52,547 bases of DNA from Oscillospiraceae bacterium. GTDB lineage: Bacteria; Bacillota; Clostridia; Oscillospirales; Acutalibacteraceae. Below the pieces are notes generated by a model, which saw nothing but the letters and a program-made list of their open reading frames with translations, ran no database searches and was not told where the DNA came from. A program made the position numbers and the translations under genes. The DNA lies in the NCBI GenBank assembly GCA_028683785.1, contig JAQUHC010000001.1, positions 1 to 52,547 on the forward strand, written 5' to 3'. The first letter of the stretch is position 1, and the number at the start of each line of letters is the position of its first letter. Positions 47,780 to 52,547 of the stretch are shown one piece after another.

Positions 47780-50170
47780 ATGAAAGTATCATTAAATTGG
47801 CTTGGTCATTATGTAGATATAAATGTGCCGTTATCGGAGCTCTGCGACAAAATGGTGATGTCCGGATTTGAAGTGGATGGTATAGAGGATTTATCCGAGT
47901 CTATGAAAAATGTTGTGGTAGGGCAGATTGAAAGGCTGGAAAAACATCCGGATGCTGATAAACTGCAGATATGTTTTTTAAATGTGGGAAGTGATATGCC
48001 TTTACAGATAGTAACCGGTGCAGATAATGTGTTTGAAGGTGCTCTGGTACCGGTCGCATTGCATGATTCGCATCTGCCAAACGGTATGCATATAAAAAAA
48101 GGAAAACTGCGGGGGGTGGAATCCTTCGGAATGCTCTGTTCTGGAGAAGAGCTTTGTCTGAAAGATTCTGATTATCCGGGTGCAGAGGTAAACGGCATAC
48201 TGATATTAAATGATGAGTATCCTGTCGGAACAGATATGCGATCCGTGCTGGGGCTGAATGATGTAATAATCGACTTTTCTGTGACTGCCAACCGCCCCGA
48301 CTGTCAGAGCGTTTTGGGAATTGCCCGGGAAGTGGCGGTAGCACTTAAAACGAAACTGAAAATACCTGTACCTGAGTATAAAACCAAGGGAGGCAATATT
48401 AAGGAGTATATTTCCGTTACCGTCAAGGATTACGAGCTTTGTCCGAGATATCTGGGCAGGACGGTAGCGAATGTTCGAATAGGAAAATCACCCGACTGGA
48501 TGAAAAAGTGCCTTAAAGCCGTGGGTATGCGCCCAATTAATAATATCGTTGATATTACAAACTTTGTCATGCTGGAAACAGGGCAGCCCATGCACGCATT
48601 TGACCTTAGGGATGTAAACGGCAGTCAAATAATTGTCCGCCGTGCTAAGGCGAATGAGAGCATAACAACTCTGGATGGCAAGCGACACACCCTTACACCG
48701 GAAATGCTTGTTATAGCTGATGCAAAGCAGCCGTCATGTCTTGCGGGAATAATGGGCAGTCTGGACAGCGAAATTAAGGAGGACACTAACTCAATATTTT
48801 TCGAATCTGCCAAGTTCCGCCGTGACAGTGTACGCCGCACTGCGCGTCATTTGGGTATGCGCACCGAATCCAGCGCGAGGTTTGAAAAGGGTATCGATAT
48901 TATGAATGTTGAATACGCCATGGAGCGCGCACTCCAGCTGATTTATGAGCTGGATGCAGGGGATATTATCGAGGGGGTTATCGATTGCAACGCAGGATTA
49001 CCCCAAGAAAGGGTGCTTAATGTATCGGTATCCGGTATTAACGCTCTGCTAGGACTGGATATTTCTGCAGATGATATGGTTGAAATTCTGAACAGACTCT
49101 CAATAAAAACAACAAACTCAGGTGATACTTTAACCTGCGCAATTCCATCATTTCGGGACGATATCGAAGGGCGGGCGGATATTGCCGAGGAAATAATGCG
49201 CATTTACGGCTATGACCATATTATCGGTACCCCGATGAAGGGCGCAATTGTTCGCGGTAAAAAACCGTATGACCGTCTTTGCGCTGACAAGATAAAAATC
49301 AGACTGGCAGCTCAGGGGTTATATGAAATTATGACATACTCATTCATCAGCGGAAAGGCCTTGGATATGCTGGACATTTCGGCCGATGATGAACGCCGCC
49401 GTTCTGTGGTTCTACGCAATCCGCTGGGTGAGGAATATTCGGAAATGCGTACCCAGCTTGTAAGCAGTATGCTGAATGTGCTTTCTACAAACTATAACAG
49501 AAAAATATCGGCGGTAAGATTTTTTGAAATAAGCAAGGTTTTCATACCGAAATCAATACCTGCCGTATCGCAGCCTGAGGAGCGCTATGCTCTGTGCATA
49601 GGTTTATATGGTGAAGATGAAAATTTCTTTACTCTTAAAGGAATTGTGGAAGATATCCTATCCTGCTTTGGGATATCGGCCGAATATGACAGGGATAATC
49701 AACCTTATCTGCACCCCGGTCGTCAGGCATCGGCAATGTCGAACGGCTTTCCGGTTGCGGTTTTTGGTGAAATACACCCTGATACAGCAGAACGCTTTGG
49801 CATAGACACCCGTGCCTATATTGCCGAAATCAGAATGGATAAGCTTATTGATGCTCCGGTTGAAGCTGTACTATATAAACCTCTGCCGCGTTTTCCGGCT
49901 ATCGAGCGCGACCTTGCCCTGACCTGCGATAAGGAGCTACCGGTTGCGGAAATCGAGAAGACCATTCGTTCATCCGCCGGAAAAAATCTGGAGGATATTT
50001 GGCTGTTCGATGTTTATCAGGGGGCACAAATTGCCGATGGACAAAAGAGCGTTGCATACCGTCTGGTGTTCCGAAATCCAGAGGCAACCCTTAAAGATGA
50101 AGATGTTGATGCCTCTTTGAGCAAGATGATTAAGAATTTAAAGGAAAAAGGATGCGTTTTGAGGTCATAA
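47780..50170 (+). CDS. pheT: phenylalanine-tRNA ligase beta subunit
   Basis: 796 aa. tRNA-binding N-terminal domain, B3/4 and B5 domains, and a C-terminal FDX-ACB domain. GAGGAGG RBS. Confidence 0.95.
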   Translation: MKVSLNWLGHYVDINVPLSELCDKMVMSGFEVDGIEDLSESMKNVVVGQIERLEKHPDADKLQICFLNVGSDMPLQIVTGADNVFEGALVPVALHDSHLPNGMHIKKGKLRGVESFGMLCSGEELCLKDSDYPGAEVNGILILNDEYPVGTDMRSVLGLNDVIIDFSVTANRPDCQSVLGIAREVAVALKTKLKIPVPEYKTKGGNIKEYISVTVKDYELCPRYLGRTVANVRIGKSPDWMKKCLKAVGMRPINNIVDITNFVMLETGQPMHAFDLRDVNGSQIIVRRAKANESITTLDGKRHTLTPEMLVIADAKQPSCLAGIMGSLDSEIKEDTNSIFFESAKFRRDSVRRTARHLGMRTESSARFEKGIDIMNVEYAMERALQLIYELDAGDIIEGVIDCNAGLPQERVLNVSVSGINALLGLDISADDMVEILNRLSIKTTNSGDTLTCAIPSFRDDIEGRADIAEEIMRIYGYDHIIGTPMKGAIVRGKKPYDRLCADKIKIRLAAQGLYEIMTYSFISGKALDMLDISADDERRRSVVLRNPLGEEYSEMRTQLVSSMLNVLSTNYNRKISAVRFFEISKVFIPKSIPAVSQPEERYALCIGLYGEDENFFTLKGIVEDILSCFGISAEYDRDNQPYLHPGRQASAMSNGFPVAVFGEIHPDTAERFGIDTRAYIAEIRMDKLIDAPVEAVLYKPLPRFPAIERDLALTCDKELPVAEIEKTIRSSAGKNLEDIWLFDVYQGAQIADGQKSVAYRLVFRNPEATLKDEDVDASLSKMIKNLKEKGCVLRS

Positions 50171-50243
50171 GCCTCTTGAAAAATTTGTATAAGTACAGTA
50201 TAATGTATTTATACATTTTAATTCTGAAGGAAGTTAAGGCATA

Positions 50244-50332
50244 TACTGATTTAATATTAATATATAGAAATATCTTTATATAAGTTATATAATAGGCTTA
50301 GGTATTATCTATGTTTACAAATCAAATTAGTA
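50244..50332 (+). repeat. AT-rich hairpin repeat, copy D (diverged centre)
   Basis: The 5' 32 nt and the 3' 33 nt or so match copy B with a few mismatches. The central loop region differs. The flanks are ATA and TTA. Confidence 0.8.
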
Positions 50333-50365
50333 TTATTAACCGGCAAGAGAAGCGGAGGCGTAACA

Positions 50366-50611
50366 ATGCTGGACAGAACCATGACCTTTTCCATCGGGGA
50401 TGAAAAGGAACAGGAAATGAAGCAGATACTGACAACGGTTTACGATGCCCTCAGAGAAAAGGGATATAATCCGATAAACCAACTTGTTGGGTATTTATTG
50501 TCGGAAGACCCAACCTACATCACAACGCATAACAACGCCCGCAGCCTCATACGACGACTGGACCGCGATGAATTACTGCGTGCCCTGGTTCAATCATATC
50601 TCAATGATTAG
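50366..50611 (+). CDS. ireB: IreB/UPF0297 family regulatory phosphoprotein
   Basis: [50 protein letters not shown] is the DUF965/IreB signature. Confidence 0.85.
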   Translation: MLDRTMTFSIGDEKEQEMKQILTTVYDALREKGYNPINQLVGYLLSEDPTYITTHNNARSLIRRLDRDELLRALVQSYLND

Positions 50612-50741
50612 TTATACTGGGAGCTTTTGACGATTTATTGGTAGTGTCGGCAGCTCTTTTCATGGATTGGTTATACAATAACTTATTTTAATGGAACTGC
50701 CCTGTTAATACGAAAGAAAGGCAATCCGAGGAGGAATGGCA

Positions 50742-51056
50742 ATGGCGGCCGAAAAAAGCGAGAAAAAAAGCGGCGGTAAAAATAAATTTTTGATGTATAA
50801 AGGAAGACCGCTGGTACGTTCGGGAAATGTTTTATATTATGGTAATATGTTCGAAGAATTTGTTGTTATGATTCAAATTCTTACCACCAAAAAGGTGGGG
50901 GACTTGACCGTTGCAGATAAGGTTCAGATTCAACTGATGTCGACCGACCCCGATCTTCGCATGAAAGACAGAATTTCTAAAAAGACCGAAAAAAGAGGTC
51001 TTTATAATGCAATGGATTTTGGCTCTGTCTGGCTCGAGCGCTCACTGGAACAATAA
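50742..51056 (+). CDS. hypothetical protein
   Basis: GAGGAGG RBS 7 nt before the ATG at 50742. Lys-rich N-terminus. I recognise no family. Confidence 0.5.
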   Translation: MAAEKSEKKSGGKNKFLMYKGRPLVRSGNVLYYGNMFEEFVVMIQILTTKKVGDLTVADKVQIQLMSTDPDLRMKDRISKKTEKRGLYNAMDFGSVWLERSLEQ

Positions 51057-51067
51057 TTAACCGCTTA

Positions 51068-51110
51068 ATCCCTGCGTTCGGGGGCTATCCCGACGCAGGG
51101 ATCGTTTGAT
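51068..51110 (+). terminator. rho-independent terminator
   Basis: A 14-bp stem, atccctgcgt(t)cggg pairing with cccgacgcagggat, followed by CGTTTGATTT. Confidence 0.7.
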
Positions 51111-51197
51111 TTAATATTGTATTTTCTATCTCCCTCCTCATATTAATATGATGTTTGTCATATAAATTACTATTAACAAATACGGGGGAGTTAGAAT

Positions 51198-51704
51198 ATG
51201 TTTGTATATTCATTCAAGGCTTCTAAACGGCAGATAATTTCCATGATTTTATGCGCAATTATGCTTATTGCCGTTTTAATTGTCGCCATAATTTGGCCGC
51301 TCGGAAAAACATCGGCGGAAACCTATAAGCCGGTTCAGGGAAGCAGCAACGATGAAAGGGTTGCATTTCTGAAAGCTCTGGGGTATGAAATCGATACCCA
51401 AAATCCTGTGGTCAAGGAAGTGCTTATTCCGGACGAGTTTGACGAGGTGTTTGAGCGCTATAACAATATCCAAAAGGAAGCGGGTATGGATCTCTCCGTT
51501 TATCACGGCAAGAGGTTAAAGAACTGGACCTACCGCGTACTGAACATACCGGATCAGGGAGAGGTTTTGGCAAACTTGTATATTTATAAGAATAAGATTG
51601 TCGGAGGAGATATTCATTCGACGGCATTGGATGGATTTATGCACGGATTGATACAACATAAAACAGGTCAAAAATCAAATACAAAAGCCAATCCTAAATC
51701 ATAG
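51198..51704 (+). CDS. DUF4830 domain protein (N-terminal membrane anchor)
   Basis: TM segment, then NDERVAFLKALGYEID...IPDEFDEVFERYNNIQKEAGMDLSVYHGKRL...YIYKNKIVGGDIHS. This matches the DUF4830 pattern as I recall it. Confidence 0.7.
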   Translation: MFVYSFKASKRQIISMILCAIMLIAVLIVAIIWPLGKTSAETYKPVQGSSNDERVAFLKALGYEIDTQNPVVKEVLIPDEFDEVFERYNNIQKEAGMDLSVYHGKRLKNWTYRVLNIPDQGEVLANLYIYKNKIVGGDIHSTALDGFMHGLIQHKTGQKSNTKANPKS

Positions 51705-51721
51705 AAATCCAGCATATTATT

Positions 51722-52070
51722 ATGAACAAGCCCGCCGGAGTGGTCAGTGCTTCAAGAGCCCCCGATAATAAAACTATTATCAATCTCATACCGGATGATT
51801 TCAAAAGACAGGGGCTGTTTTCGGCGGGCAGATTTGATAAAAATATCGCAGGGAAGATGAAACCAGAGCTTTTTAAAGGGACAAGCCTCAAGGATGGAAC
51901 ATTCTGCCGCCCCGCAGAACTGAAGGATATTGAGTTTATGGATAATCCGACTGTTGAAATAGATATTTTTTTAAAAGAATGATCTTAAAGGGCAATTTCG
52001 GATGATGAGAAAAATTATGCATTCGCATGCCGGAGTTTTTGTTGATTTTGTCATTGGATATATTATATAA
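51722..52070 (+). pseudogene. decayed RsuA/RluB-type pseudouridine synthase remnant (5' truncated, internally deleted, frameshifted)
   Basis: MNKPAGVVSAS...LFSAGRFDK resembles LNKPxGvvS...GRLDKDTxG but lacks the TxGLLLLTNDG block and the S4 domain. After the stop at about 51980 a shifted frame reads GQFRMMRKIMHSHAGVFVDFVIG, resembling EGKxHQvRRMfxxxGxxVxxLxRxxiG. Confidence 0.6.
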
Positions 52071-52222
52071 AGTAGTCATACAATCTTTGTTTATAAAAAG
52101 CATGGCTAATTAGCAAAAAATCTGTTATATTATAAATAGCGTAATAATGCTAATTGTGTTATTATATAAGAAAGTTGTATTTGAAAAAATTATTACTTAC
52201 GCAAATTTGGGAGGTTTTCTAA

Positions 52223-52547
52223 ATGGCAAGTTTATCACTGAAGAAAATTCACAAGAAGTATCCGGGCGGTGTTGTGGCGGTATCGGATTTTAATCTCGAT
52301 ATCAAGGATAAAGAGTTTATAATCCTGGTCGGCCCTTCAGGTTGCGGAAAATCGACAACACTCCGTATGATTGCCGGTCTGGAAGAAATTACGGATGGGG
52401 AACTGTACATCGGCGATAAGATGGTCAATGATGTTGCTCCCAAGGATAGAGATATAGCCATGGTGTTCCAGAACTATGCTCTGTATCCTCACATGACAGT
52501 GTTCGAAAACATGGCATTCGGGCTTAAGCTCCGCAAGACTCCAAAGG
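52223..52547 (+). CDS. sugar-type ABC transporter ATP-binding protein (MsmK/UgpC/MalK-like), 5' part only
   Basis: GGGAGG RBS. Walker [19 protein letters not shown] and the [25 protein letters not shown] block. The gene runs off the window end. Confidence 0.9.
   Translation, partial: MASLSLKKIHKKYPGGVVAVSDFNLDIKDKEFIILVGPSGCGKSTTLRMIAGLEEITDGELYIGDKMVNDVAPKDRDIAMVFQNYALYPHMTVFENMAFGLKLRKTPK

Overview
This 52.5-kb window is a chromosomal segment from a spore-forming Firmicute, Clostridia-like by gene content, and is almost entirely housekeeping genes. The first 15 kb is collinear with the Bacillus subtilis ylo cluster: yicC/yloC, remA, gmk, rpoZ, priA, def, fmt, rsmB, rlmN, PP2C phosphatase, prkC, rsgA, thiN and spoVM. 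After that come yunB, ligA, nth, a deoxyinosine glycosylase-like gene, corA, udp, rubredoxin, comM/yifB, lepA (minus strand) and a CIRCE-controlled hrcA-grpE-dnaK-dnaJ operon. Further on are an amino-acid ABC transporter directly abutting pyrC-pyrF-pyrK-pyrD, then ruvX, single-chain purL (minus strand), alr, ylmC/ymxH, a Phe T-box leader with pheS-pheT, ireB, a DUF4830 gene, a decayed pseudouridine synthase remnant and the start of a sugar-type ABC ATPase. I saw no tRNA, rRNA, CRISPR array, prophage or recognisable defence genes. The most unusual signal is non-coding. It is a family of about 90-bp, very AT-rich hairpin repeats with TACTAA...TTAGTA ends, present in four full copies, all immediately 3' of genes. 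One copy has a perfect TTA target-site duplication and has replaced the 3' end of a membrane-protein gene. Another copy carries a nested 121-bp palindromic insertion, itself flanked by a TTA duplication. This pattern fits an active or recently active MITE-like element family with no transposase in the window. Other points worth a second look: (1) a spoVM micro-ORF and a rubredoxin ORF that are missing from the ORF track; (2) a circularly permuted amino-acid-binding lipoprotein; (3) a divergent HPr-like small protein; (4) an anti-SD hairpin with a duplicated SD-like box ahead of dnaJ.
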